Below are positions 63,921 to 64,000 of a stretch of DNA of 64,000 bases, piece by piece; the first letter of the stretch is position 1, and each line of letters opens with the position of its first letter. Under the pieces are notes generated by a model that ran no database searches, was not told the origin of the DNA, and saw nothing but the letters and a program-made list of their open reading frames with translations. Location of the stretch: NCBI RefSeq assembly GCF_963921235.1, contig NC_086097.1, forward strand, positions 107,758,001 through 107,822,000, written 5' to 3'. The translations under genes were made by a program, and so were the position numbers. This DNA comes from Mobula hypostoma. Taxonomy: Eukaryota.

Positions 63921-64000
63921 TGTGTGGTATAATAAATGCAGTTTCTAACTTTCTGCATGCCATACGTATTGGTTGCTCAGTTCTGATCCAGATGGTCCCA

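Overview
Vertebrate, AT-rich, transposon-saturated DNA. The repeat set (several CR1 subfamilies with SGNH-esterase ORF1, Rex1/Babar LINEs, Penelope elements, V-SINE/HE1-like and CORE SINEs, hAT, Tc1 and mariner) points to a cartilaginous fish such as a ray or skate; this is inference. Almost every long ORF is TE-derived, and I see no intact host gene, rRNA, tRNA gene or CRISPR array. Three non-obvious signals stand out. (1) A chain of seven minus-strand exon-like blocks runs across the whole window with splice sites and mutually compatible phases, but carries stops and TE insertions inside exons: a candidate decaying, unidentified host gene. (2) A family of Penelope-derived inverted-repeat elements (about 1.8 kb, 0.6 kb and 0.22 kb, each with a 12-14 bp TSD) carries minimal type I hammerhead ribozymes, and a second Penelope family has its own hammerhead. 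(3) Deep TE nests of up to five layers give a relative chronology of activity. Coordinates and translations were read by hand; degenerate TE boundaries are approximate.
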